The translations under genes were made by a program, and so were the position numbers. The notes below the pieces were generated by a model. The model saw only the letters and a list, made by a program, of their open reading frames with translations, did not search any database and was not told where the DNA came from. A stretch of 44,301 nucleotides of DNA from Hyphomonadaceae bacterium (lineage in GTDB: Bacteria > Pseudomonadota > Alphaproteobacteria > Caulobacterales > Aquidulcibacteraceae): contig JAKFWI010000037.1 in assembly GCA_021731965.1 (NCBI GenBank), positions 1-44,301 of the forward strand. Reading direction: 5' to 3'. How positions within the stretch are numbered: position 1 is the first letter of the stretch; the number at the start of each line of letters is the position of its first letter. This document shows, piece by piece, positions 28,134-36,538 of this stretch.

Positions 28134-29771
28134 TCAGCCGAGCGAACGCGCGGTGTTGATGACATTGATCCCGTCGAACCGGCTGGTCGACGAGCCGTGA
28201 CTGACGGCCGAGATCTGGCTCGGCTGGCCCTTGCCGTCAAAGAACGAGCCAAACAAACGGTAATCGCGCGCATCGCAAATGGCGCTGCAACTGTTCCAGA
28301 ATTCTGGCGTGCGCATCTGATACGCGACATCCTCAAGCGGCTGGGTGATCTTGCCGTTCTTGATTTCGTAAAACAGAGTGCCGCCGAACTGGGCATTGTA
28401 ACGCTGCTGATCGATCGAGAACGAGCCGCGCCCGAGAATATAGATGCCGTTCTCAACGCCCGCGATCATGCCCGCCAGGCTCAATTCCTTTTCGCCGGGC
28501 TTCAAGGACACATTCGGCATGCGCTGGAATTGCACGCTGGACCAGGAATCCCCGTAGGAGCAGCCATCGGATTCGGTTTTGCCCAGAATGTGCACTTGAT
28601 CACGGGTGGCCTCGTAATCCACCAATTTGCCCTTCTCGATCAGCGGCCAGCTCTTGGTTTTGACGCCCTCGTCGTCATAGCCAACGGCACCCAGGCTGCC
28701 CGGCTGCACCTTATCGGCGAAGAGATTGACGATCTCACTACCATACTGAAAGCGCGCCTCGCGCTTATCGAGCGTGGCAAAACTGGTGCCCGCGAAATTG
28801 GCCTCATAACCCAGCACGCGATCAAGCTCGAGCGGGTGGCCAACCGATTCGTGGATCGTCAGGCCCAAATGATTTGGATCCAGCACCAGATCATAGCGGC
28901 CGGGCTGGATCGATTTGGCTTTCAGCTTTTCGCGGGCCTGGTTGGCCGCCGCCACTGCATCCTCACGCATATCGTAGGACGAGCCGTAAGAGATCACCCC
29001 GTTGGGTGAAGTTGTCTTATCCTTGGCGGCCCCATCGAGATATTCATAGCCCAAGCCCATGGGCGCGGACAGGCCCTCGCGCGATCGAAATTTGCCCGTC
29101 GCTTTGTCGATCACCGTGACGGTGAAGGGGGCCCAAATCCGGTGGACATCCTGATCGATGTATGAGCCATCACTCGAGGCAAAGTATTTTTGCTCATTGA
29201 CCAAAAACAGCTGCGAACTCACAAAATTCGCGCCAGCCTGCATTGCGGCGGCGTTGACACCGAGCAGCAGATCCACCTTTTCCTGGATGGGTGTGGCCAT
29301 GGCGTTCTTGCGAATGGGCGTCGCCCAGCGGACCTCCCCCACACCCTTGACCGGCGCCAGGCGCACGGGCACCGTCTGGTTCTTGGCATTGGCGCGGGCG
29401 ATCTCGACCGCTAGGCGCGCCGTTTGCGCAACCGCCTCCGCGGAAAGCTGATTGGTGGCGGCAAAGCCCCAGGCCCCGTCTGCGATGACGCGCACACCGA
29501 CCCCGGTCGATTCGGTATTGACGATATTTTGGACAACGGCCTCGCGGGTCACCACGAATTGATTGAGATAGCGGCCGATCCGCACATCGCAATAGGTCGC
29601 GCCGGCCTTGGCAGCCGCACCCAGCCCGGCATCGGCCAGGCGCTTCTTTACCGCGATCGCCAGCGGCTCCAGAAGCTGTTCGGCGGCAATCGCATTTCTC
29701 CCCGGGAAGCCGGGCAGTAGCGCACCCCCAGCCCCAAGGCCGAAAGCGAGTAATATCTGGCGCCTATCCAT
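28134..29771 (-). CDS. TldD-like metallopeptidase with a twin-arginine signal
   Basis: The start is trimmed to MDRRQILLAFGLGAGGALL (RR motif plus hydrophobic core), preceded by GGGAG. It has the metal-binding motif IHESVGHPLELD and a C-terminal SFSIDQQRYNAQFGGTLFYEIKNGKI block. Confidence 0.85.
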   Translation of the reverse strand: MDRRQILLAFGLGAGGALLPGFPGRNAIAAEQLLEPLAIAVKKRLADAGLGAAAKAGATYCDVRIGRYLNQFVVTREAVVQNIVNTESTGVGVRVIADGAWGFAATNQLSAEAVAQTARLAVEIARANAKNQTVPVRLAPVKGVGEVRWATPIRKNAMATPIQEKVDLLLGVNAAAMQAGANFVSSQLFLVNEQKYFASSDGSYIDQDVHRIWAPFTVTVIDKATGKFRSREGLSAPMGLGYEYLDGAAKDKTTSPNGVISYGSSYDMREDAVAAANQAREKLKAKSIQPGRYDLVLDPNHLGLTIHESVGHPLELDRVLGYEANFAGTSFATLDKREARFQYGSEIVNLFADKVQPGSLGAVGYDDEGVKTKSWPLIEKGKLVDYEATRDQVHILGKTESDGCSYGDSWSSVQFQRMPNVSLKPGEKELSLAGMIAGVENGIYILGRGSFSIDQQRYNAQFGGTLFYEIKNGKITQPLEDVAYQMRTPEFWNSCSAICDARDYRLFGSFFDGKGQPSQISAVSHGSSTSRFDGINVINTARSLG

Positions 29772-30195
29772 TGCCGCGCACTCCCTATGCGTTCTGCGCC
29801 CCATCTTCGGGCATGCGCGCATCGAAAGTCAATATGGTGGTGTGTTGGGTTGCAAATCCCGCCACCCCTGCGTGCCCATGATGTTGCGACAAGCAGCACG
29901 GGGATTCTAGCCTTGCGGGCGTCAGGTGAAACTTACAGATGGTTTTGCCGCGCATCACACACATCGAGCCCGTTGCAGGTGTTGCAGCGGGTGGCGCTGC
30001 TGGCGAAGAAACCGCACTCCCGTTTCTCGAGAAGCGGTCTGGGTGATTCCAATCGATCTGATCATGCTGTCGGGGCTGATTTCACTCTGCCGGATCAAAC
30101 CATTCTTGAGATAGGATTGAGTTTTCCTACACAATGGTCAAATTGCTGGCTGTGGCCCCGCTCGCGCGCGGCTGGGGCGCAAGGGGGTGGCGGGC

Positions 30196-31416
30196 ATGAG
30201 CTCATTTTCAGAGGCAGAGCAGCGCTACGCACCGGTCCTTTCCCGGGCGCGCGATCGGCATCTGTTCGCGCCCGGCCCTAAACGCGTTCTAGCGCTCGAC
30301 GGCGGGGGCATTCGCGGCCTCATTTCCCTTGGCATTTTGCTAAAGATCGAGAGCACCCTGCGCGCCCGCCGCCCGCCAGGCGAGCGCGACACCTTTGTGC
30401 TGTCGGACTATTTCGATCTGATCTGCGGCACGTCCACGGGATCGATCATCGCGGCATGGCTCGCGCGCGGCAACTCGGTGCGCAGCACCATCGAGCTCTA
30501 TAATTCGCTGGGGCCCAAAGTGTTCAGCTACCCGAGCGGGGCAGAAGGGGCGGTGCGGCGCACATTGGGTCTCGTTATTGTTTCGCGATTCAACGCTAAT
30601 GTGCTCAAAAGCGAGCTCCTGTCGCGCCTCCGCGATGAAACGCTTGATTCTGACGCCCTCGTGACCGGCCTGGGCGTAACGGCCAAGCGGATGGATTCTG
30701 GCTCCGCTTGGGTGCTGACCAACAATCCGCGCGCGCCTTATTGGGCTTCGCTGGGCGGCTCATTTCCCAACCGCGATTACAAATTGAGCGATGTCGTGCG
30801 GGCCAGCGCTGCCGCGCCCGCGTATTTCGATCATGTGGAAGTGCAGATCGAGCCCGGCAAAGACCCAGGTGCCTTTATGGACGGTGCGGTGGCTGGGCTG
30901 AACAATCCGAGCCTTGCATTCTTGCAATATGTGCTTTCGCCCAATCTTGGCTTGCGCTGGCGCTGTTCACCTGACGATCTTTTGATCGTGAATGTCGGAA
31001 CTGGGCGTTTTCGCAATCGCCACTCAGCGCGCAGCCTATCGCGCATGCGCGCGGTGGAGCGCGCTTTGCATTCCCTTGCGGGATCGATCTCCGACGTCAG
31101 CCACGCCACGACTGCGACCATGCAAGCCCTCGCGCGTACACAAGATGCCGCCGTCATCAATAGCGAAGTCGGCACTTTGAATGATCTCGACCTTGGCCAC
31201 GGAGCTGGGCTGTTTCGCTATCAGCGTTATGACGCACCATTGGACCAGGCACTCCTGCAATCTGCACTTCGGCTAGAATATACCGACGGCGTAGTGCGGC
31301 GTCTGCACCGTCTCGACAACGCCGAGCAAGCCAATCTCGATCGACTCAATCGGATTGGTGTGGTCGCCGGCGAGGCTTTCGTGAAGCCACATCACTTCCC
31401 TGGTGCGTTTGACTAG
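30196..31416 (+). CDS. Patatin-like phospholipase
   Basis: It has the oxyanion motif LALDGGGIRG, the nucleophile motif CGTSTGSIIA (GxSxG) and the catalytic Asp motif MDGAVAGLNNPS (DGA/G). AAGGGGG lies 8 nt before ATG 30196; the ORF is open from GTG 30187. Confidence 0.9.
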   Translation: MSSFSEAEQRYAPVLSRARDRHLFAPGPKRVLALDGGGIRGLISLGILLKIESTLRARRPPGERDTFVLSDYFDLICGTSTGSIIAAWLARGNSVRSTIELYNSLGPKVFSYPSGAEGAVRRTLGLVIVSRFNANVLKSELLSRLRDETLDSDALVTGLGVTAKRMDSGSAWVLTNNPRAPYWASLGGSFPNRDYKLSDVVRASAAAPAYFDHVEVQIEPGKDPGAFMDGAVAGLNNPSLAFLQYVLSPNLGLRWRCSPDDLLIVNVGTGRFRNRHSARSLSRMRAVERALHSLAGSISDVSHATTATMQALARTQDAAVINSEVGTLNDLDLGHGAGLFRYQRYDAPLDQALLQSALRLEYTDGVVRRLHRLDNAEQANLDRLNRIGVVAGEAFVKPHHFPGAFD

Positions 31417-31694
31417 CAGGCTGTTGAAGAACTCCCGCGAGCCGCGATGCGAAGCCGATTTTGTGCTCTCGGGCAGGAGAGGCCCAGTTCGCGTAGCGGT
31501 GCTACGGAGGCTGGGACACGACGAACCCGAAGCCGAAATCGGCCGCATCCCTATGGGACGGCAGGATTTTTTGTCCTGAGTGCGTCGCCAGTCTGGCCCG
31601 ATGCCCCGCATCGCGCTTTGCCCGGCTCCTGCTCAGGAAGAGCAAAAAATTCTTGCCGTCGCGGCCGCGCTGGAGTTCTTCAACAGCCTGCTAG
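31413..31694. mobile_element. MITE-like 282-bp element with 23-bp perfect terminal inverted repeats
   Basis: CTAGCAGGCTGTTGAAGAACTCC (31413-31435) is the exact reverse complement of GGAGTTCTTCAACAGCCTGCTAG (31672-31694). Imperfect pairing extends about 11 nt inward. There is no credible ORF inside. The left repeat contains the patatin TAG stop. Confidence 0.5.
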
Positions 31695-31744
31695 AGTATC
31701 GCAGGCAAAATCCGAGCCGGATTTTGTTGGGTCCGATACTCTAA

Positions 31745-31920
31745 AACTTTGAATTGGCGCATTTTCGGGCACAAAACCGCGACTACATTTTTTTTGAAAA
31801 TGCGCTGGGTATTTTCAAAGAAATCGACTTCGATTTCTGATTCGAAAAATGCCTTTATTCAATAACTTGGCGCGCATTCGGATGAAAAACCGGGCTCCAC
31901 TCTTCATGAATGCGCTTTAG
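31745..31920. repeat. AT-rich modular intergenic repeat, arrangement B'-A-B
   Basis: Module A (31811-31852) contains the palindrome GAAATCGA-NN-TCGATTTC nested in GCATTTTC/GAAAAATGC-type arms. Module B (31861-31920) and its diverged copy B' (31745-31808) have GCGCATTC...GAATGCGC arms. The A-B part is roughly 85-90% identical by eye to 33458-33568. Confidence 0.7.
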
Positions 31921-32374
31921 CGCGTTCCAATTTGACCCAATTCAATTGAACTTGGATGAATCCGCTCTAAACCAATAAACAAGATCCGTTCTCAAGCATA
32001 TCTTGATCAAACCAAATTGGTTTGGCCGGGGTCAAGCGCTCAGCCCCCCTGTGCTCCAGCAGCGCCGCCCACGCGAAATCCATAAAACGCATGCCTAGGT
32101 TGCATCGCCGCGCGAGCCGCCGGCGCTGATCCATCATGGAAAAGGCGTGGTGTGCGCGGCCTTTATCGCAGCCACTGCGCATGGTTTTGGCGCGGCCCGC
32201 TTTCGCTTCTGGAACGCCTTGCGGCGCTGGACTGCCCTTTTGCCAAAGCTTCAGGAGATGTTACCGGCACTGCTTCGCAACGGCGCGCGGATCGCCTGCC
32301 TCCGGGCCATCATCTTCGTCACGAGAAAGTTTTGCCTTGCGCCGCAGGGGCCGGGCTGGGCATCTGGGCGGCCC

Positions 32375-33454
32375 ATGACCATGCTCAACCACCTCGAACA
32401 CCGCCTGCGCCAGGCCCAAGAGCGTTTCGATTTCATCGAGGCGCGCATGGCCGCTTTGAGCGACCCTGGAGAAATCATCCGCCTTTCCAAGGAGCATGCG
32501 GAGCTAAAGCCGATCGTCGAGGCCGTGCGTGCGGTGCGCGCCGTGCAGGAAGAAAGCGCCGATCTGGAAGCCTTGCTGACCAGCGGCGATGCCGAAATGG
32601 TGGCGCTGGCGCGTGCCGAGCAAGCGGCGCTGGCGGAGCGCTTGCCGGCGCTGGAGCACGCCGCCACCATGCTGCTGCTGCCGCGGGATAAATCCGAGAG
32701 CGCCAGCGCCATTCTCGAAATCCGCGCCGGCACCGGCGGCGATGAGGCGGCCATTTTCGCTGGCGATCTGTTTCGGATGTATTGCCGCTATGCCGCGCTG
32801 CGCGGCTGGCGCCTCGATATCGAGGACGAAAACCCCTCCGATCTAGGCGGCTACCGGGAAATCATCGCCATGGTCTCTGGCGTCGGGGTATTTGGCCGTC
32901 TGCGCTTTGAAAGCGGCGTGCACCGCGTGCAGCGCGTGCCCGAAACCGAAGCCAGCGGCCGCATCCATACCAGCGCCGCGACGGTGGCCGTGTTGGCCGA
33001 GGCCGAAGACGTCGATATCGACATCCCCGACAAAGACATCCGCATCGATACCATGCGCGCGGGCGGGGCCGGCGGCCAGCACGTGAACAAAACCGATTCC
33101 GCCGTGCGGGTCACGCATTTGCCCACGGGCATCATCGTGGTCAGCCAAATGAAGTCGCAGCACCAGAACCGGGTGCAGGCCATGAAAATCCTCAAGGCCA
33201 GGCTCTATGATCTCGAGCGCGAGCGCAAGGACGCCGCCCGCGCCGCCGAGCGCAAAGGCCAGATCGGCTCGGGCGATCGGTCCGAACGCATCCGCACCTA
33301 TAATTTCCCGCAGGGGCGCGTCACCGATCACCGCATCAATCTGACGCTGTATTCCTTGGCCGAAGTGCTGGAAGGCGGCGGGCTCGATGGCCTGATCGAT
33401 CCGCTCCTTGCGGAGGAGCAGGCCGCCAAGCTGGCCGCGCTGGCGCAGGACTAG
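32375..33454 (+). CDS. prfA: Peptide chain release factor 1
   Basis: The start is trimmed to [11 protein letters not shown]. It has the GGQ motif ([15 protein letters not shown]) and the RF1 tripeptide region [17 protein letters not shown]. At 359 aa the length is typical. Confidence 0.95.
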   Translation: MTMLNHLEHRLRQAQERFDFIEARMAALSDPGEIIRLSKEHAELKPIVEAVRAVRAVQEESADLEALLTSGDAEMVALARAEQAALAERLPALEHAATMLLLPRDKSESASAILEIRAGTGGDEAAIFAGDLFRMYCRYAALRGWRLDIEDENPSDLGGYREIIAMVSGVGVFGRLRFESGVHRVQRVPETEASGRIHTSAATVAVLAEAEDVDIDIPDKDIRIDTMRAGGAGGQHVNKTDSAVRVTHLPTGIIVVSQMKSQHQNRVQAMKILKARLYDLERERKDAARAAERKGQIGSGDRSERIRTYNFPQGRVTDHRINLTLYSLAEVLEGGGLDGLIDPLLAEEQAAKLAALAQD

Positions 33455-33568
33455 AGCATTTTCAAAGAAATCGAAGTCGATTTCTGATTCGAAAAATGCT
33501 CTAATTCAATAACTTAGAGCGCATTCGGACAGAAAACCGCAACTCCACTTTTCTTGAATGCGCTCTAA
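33452..33568. repeat. AT-rich modular intergenic repeat, arrangement A-B, starting on the prfA stop codon
   Basis: TAGAGCATTTTCAAAGAAATCGAAGTCGATTTCTGATTCGAAAAATGC is followed by an 11-bp perfect inverted repeat: AGAGCGCATTC (33516-33526) and GAATGCGCTCT (33556-33566). Confidence 0.7.
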
Positions 33569-33634
33569 CATTGCGGAACGCTGCGTGGAGGGGGGCCTGT
33601 GTTAGCATTGGCAGCAAAAACCCACCGCCCTGCT

Positions 33635-34000
33635 TCATTGCGCCGCGCGCAGCGCCACCTCAAGCTGGTCCAGCGCCGCATCCAACTCAGGCAGATCAAA
33701 TTGGATCGTATCCCAAACCAATGGCGGGATCGTTCGATCATCATAATCGTGGGCAAGGAAGTGTCGAAAGCGGATGGGATCAACCCAAGGCCCGTTGGGT
33801 ACAAGAGTGGGCAAATCTAACTTGGTGGACAGATCACTAAGCGCCTCACCCAGCGCAATAAAGGCCCTCTCGCAGGCAAAACGCGTGCGTTCATCTTCAG
33901 AAAAAGTGGCAGCACTCATGTCACGAACCCAAACTCGGATGCGGGCGATGTGCCCGCGCACGGCAGCGATAATGACATCTGGCACCCGCTTGCTCGGCAT
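33635..34000 (-). CDS. hepT: HepT-like (DUF86/HEPN) toxin
   Basis: 121 aa with the Rx4HxY HEPN motif in FRHFLAHDYD. It lies 3 nt downstream of the nucleotidyltransferase gene. Confidence 0.85.
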   Translation of the reverse strand: MPSKRVPDVIIAAVRGHIARIRVWVRDMSAATFSEDERTRFACERAFIALGEALSDLSTKLDLPTLVPNGPWVDPIRFRHFLAHDYDDRTIPPLVWDTIQFDLPELDAALDQLEVALRAAQ

Positions 34001-34003
34001 CGC

Positions 34004-34306
34004 TTAAAAGGCCGGCGCGAGATCCGCTTCGATGCGGGCGCGAAATTCGGGCGCGTTCTCTAAGCCCTGCGCCGTGATCAGATCAACTTTGCATCCCAGA
34101 ATGCGCTCAAGCGCTGCTTGCGCGCGGGCCATGCGAAAAAGGGTCATGGGCCGATCCCCAGTGCCCGTTATGATCAGGTCAACATCGCTAGAGCCAGATG
34201 CATCATCGCGCGCGACGGAGCCGAACAATGCCAAATGCGCAATCCCGATATCCCTCAAGAGATCGGCATGAGCACGAAGAACGGCGAGGACAGCAGCTTT
34301 GCGCAT
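34004..34306 (-). CDS. mntA: MntA-like minimal nucleotidyltransferase antitoxin
   Basis: 100 aa with the GSxxR...DxD nucleotidyltransferase motif LALFGSVARDDASGSSDVDLI. Confidence 0.85.
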   Translation of the reverse strand: MRKAAVLAVLRAHADLLRDIGIAHLALFGSVARDDASGSSDVDLIITGTGDRPMTLFRMARAQAALERILGCKVDLITAQGLENAPEFRARIEADLAPAF

Positions 34307-34326
34307 GGAATGATACTATCATGCGC
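34301..34326. promoter_or_regulatory. Palindromic candidate operator overlapping the mntA start codon
   Basis: GCGCATG (34301-34307) and CATGCGC (34320-34326) enclose the palindrome TGATA-C-TATCA (34311-34321). TAGTAT on the coding strand sits just upstream of the ATG. Confidence 0.35.
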
Positions 34327-34416
34327 AAATGGGGAGTTGAAGCCCCAAGTACCTCTCACCGCCATGGACTTGCCCCCGCGCGCCAAAGACAGTGACCAAG
34401 GCGAAAGCAAGACCCC

Positions 34417-35550
34417 CTATTCCGCCGCGGCCTTTTCGGCGCGCAGCAAAGCCGCGCGCTTTTCCACCAGATCGACAATGTGCTCGATCATGTCCTCGTT
34501 GTTGACATTGTGATCGGGCTTGCCAGAAACATACATCTTGCCTGAGCCCTTGCCCCCGCCAGTAAAGCCCAGATCGGTGTAGAGCGCCTCCCCGGGGCCA
34601 TTGACCACGCAGCCGATAATGGAGAGGGAGATGGGCTCGGAGATATGCTCCAGGCGCCGCTCCAGCGCCTCCACCGTGCGGATCACGTCATAACCCTGCC
34701 GCGCACAGGATGGGCAGGCGATGATATTGACGCCGCGCGTGCGCAAATTCAGCGATTTGAGAATATCGAAGCCGATCTTGATTTCTTCCACCGGCTCGGC
34801 CGCCAAACTGATGCGGATGGTATCGCCGATGCCGGCCCAGAGCAGCGAGCCCAGCGCCACGGAGCTTTTCACCGTGCCGATGCGGTAGGGCCCGGCCTCG
34901 GTGACGCCCAGATGCAGCGGGCAATCGATGACTTCCGAAAGCGCCTGATAGGCCGCCACCGTGAGGAAGGGATCGGACGCCTTCACCGAAATCTTGAATT
35001 CATGGAAATCATGATCGCGCAGGATATTGGCGTGATCGAGCGCGCTTTCTACCATGGCCTCGGGGCAGGGCTCCCCGTATTTTTCCAGCAGATCGTTCTC
35101 CAAAGAGCCGGCATTGACGCCAATGCGCATGGAGCAGCCATGATCCTTGGCCGCCTGCACCACTTCGCGCACCCGCTCGGCGGAGCCGATATTGCCCGGA
35201 TTGATGCGCAGGCACGCGGCGCCGGCCTTTGCCGCCTCGATCGCGCGCTTATAGTGGAAGTGAATGTCCGCCACCAAAGGCACATCCACGGCCTTGACGA
35301 TTTTGGCGAAGGCGGCGGTACTTTCCGGATCGGGGCAGGAAACCCGCACGATATCGGCCCCGGCCTCCACCAGCCCGCGAATCTGCTCGACCGTGGCCTC
35401 GACATCCGTGGTGGGCGTGTTGGTCATGGATTGCACGGAAATGGGAGCATCGCCGCCCACCTCTACCTTGCCAACACGGATTTTGCGGGATTTGCGCCGC
35501 TCGATGCGCCGCCAAGGGCGAATGCTATGGATATCGTCGTGACCGGCCAT
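34417..35550 (-). CDS. ispG: 4-hydroxy-3-methylbut-2-en-1-yl diphosphate synthase
   Basis: The start is trimmed to MAGHDD (ATG 35550, with AGGAAA upstream). Motifs: [24 protein letters not shown], and the Fe-S Cys motif [10 protein letters not shown]...GCVVNGPGE. Confidence 0.95.
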   Translation of the reverse strand: MAGHDDIHSIRPWRRIERRKSRKIRVGKVEVGGDAPISVQSMTNTPTTDVEATVEQIRGLVEAGADIVRVSCPDPESTAAFAKIVKAVDVPLVADIHFHYKRAIEAAKAGAACLRINPGNIGSAERVREVVQAAKDHGCSMRIGVNAGSLENDLLEKYGEPCPEAMVESALDHANILRDHDFHEFKISVKASDPFLTVAAYQALSEVIDCPLHLGVTEAGPYRIGTVKSSVALGSLLWAGIGDTIRISLAAEPVEEIKIGFDILKSLNLRTRGVNIIACPSCARQGYDVIRTVEALERRLEHISEPISLSIIGCVVNGPGEALYTDLGFTGGGKGSGKMYVSGKPDHNVNNEDMIEHIVDLVEKRAALLRAEKAAAE

Positions 35551-35638
35551 GCGCTGCTTTCCTAGCTCTGAGGCCTTCCTGTGCCGCAAGCGAAGGCTTT
35601 CGGCAACACTCCTCAAGCATGGACCGCCCGGTTGTGGA

Positions 35639-36499
35639 TCAGCGCTTGGCCAAAGTGCGCAAAGCCAGCCCGTCCACGGCGCGGCCGATCACGGGCGTGC
35701 CGGCCTTGCCGAGCACCCCAATACTCGTGCCATCCACGTAGATTTCAAAGGCACTGCCATCGCGCGCGTGCAGGGTCCAGCCCGCGCCGATATCGGGGCG
35801 GTAACGTTCCCCCGCTTTCAGCTCACGCGAGAGGAAAATCGTGCCGTCCGGGCCGCGCACTTCGATCCATTGCTGGGCCACAGCGTAGACTTCCACGACC
35901 GATTGCCCGGGGGCGACGGTGCTGAATTCATTCAACGGCGGGCGGTCATCGGGGATCACAGCCGCGGCGCTATCGCCCGGACCATCGCGATCGGTGGCCA
36001 GCACGGGATGCGAAACCAGCACCCGCCAGCCTATGAACAGCGTCAAAGCCCCCATAACCGCGAGAGCGGCCATCCACGGACGATGCGGATTGGGCCGGGT
36101 TTTGGGATCGCGCAATTGCGGCTGGGCGTCTTCACGTGTCAGGGCCGATTCCCGCTCGAATTGCTCGGTCAAGGCGCGCGCGTCCAGGCCCAAGGCCCCG
36201 GCATAGCTGCGCAAATAGGCCATGGCATAGGCCCGCCCGGGCAGCAATTTCATGTCCATGTTTTCGAGGGCTTCGAGGAAATCTGGGCGCACGCGCAGGG
36301 TTTGCCCCAGCTCCTCGCAGGTCTGGCGACGGGCCAGCCGGGCAGATCGCAGACGATCGCCCGCGCGCATCTCAGGTTCTGGACGCGAAAGCACGCGCAC
36401 CGGCAGTTTCATTTCCGAACTCAATTCAAAGTTGTCTCGCGGATGCAACATGGGATCTCGCGCCTGTATCCGGCCCGGAACACGCAAAAATTGCGCCAC
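35639..36499 (-). CDS. rodZ: RodZ-like cytoskeleton protein (HTH, TM, DUF4115)
   Basis: It has an HTH ([24 protein letters not shown]), [21 protein letters not shown], one TM helix and a beta-rich C-terminal domain. It sits upstream of ispG, as in many proteobacteria. The start is uncertain (GTG 36499, ATG 36451 or ATG 36412). Confidence 0.75.
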   Translation of the reverse strand: MAQFLRVPGRIQARDPMLHPRDNFELSSEMKLPVRVLSRPEPEMRAGDRLRSARLARRQTCEELGQTLRVRPDFLEALENMDMKLLPGRAYAMAYLRSYAGALGLDARALTEQFERESALTREDAQPQLRDPKTRPNPHRPWMAALAVMGALTLFIGWRVLVSHPVLATDRDGPGDSAAAVIPDDRPPLNEFSTVAPGQSVVEVYAVAQQWIEVRGPDGTIFLSRELKAGERYRPDIGAGWTLHARDGSAFEIYVDGTSIGVLGKAGTPVIGRAVDGLALRTLAKR

Positions 36500-36538
36500 C
36501 CGTCAGTGATAACGTTCCGAACCCTAGGTTACAACGCG

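Noticed and set aside
30196-31416. Patatin gene as the effector of a CBASS-type or other multi-gene defence system.
   Set aside because: No cyclase/CD-NTase, sensor NTPase or other partner ORF is adjacent. The flanks are non-coding, so only an orphan or remnant status can be claimed.
31849-31920. A 22-codon ORF (MPLFNNLARIRMKNRAPLFMNAL) inside repeat modules A/B.
   Set aside because: The reading frame is not conserved in the second copy, where ATG CTC TAA occurs at 33497-33505. The conservation is at the DNA/structure level.
31967-32182. A 71-aa minus-strand ORF in the spacer upstream of prfA, as a candidate small gene or transposase remnant.
   Set aside because: It has no start context and no recognisable motif, and it lies in DNA with mixed composition. 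It could be a remnant, but I cannot support it without a BLASTX search.
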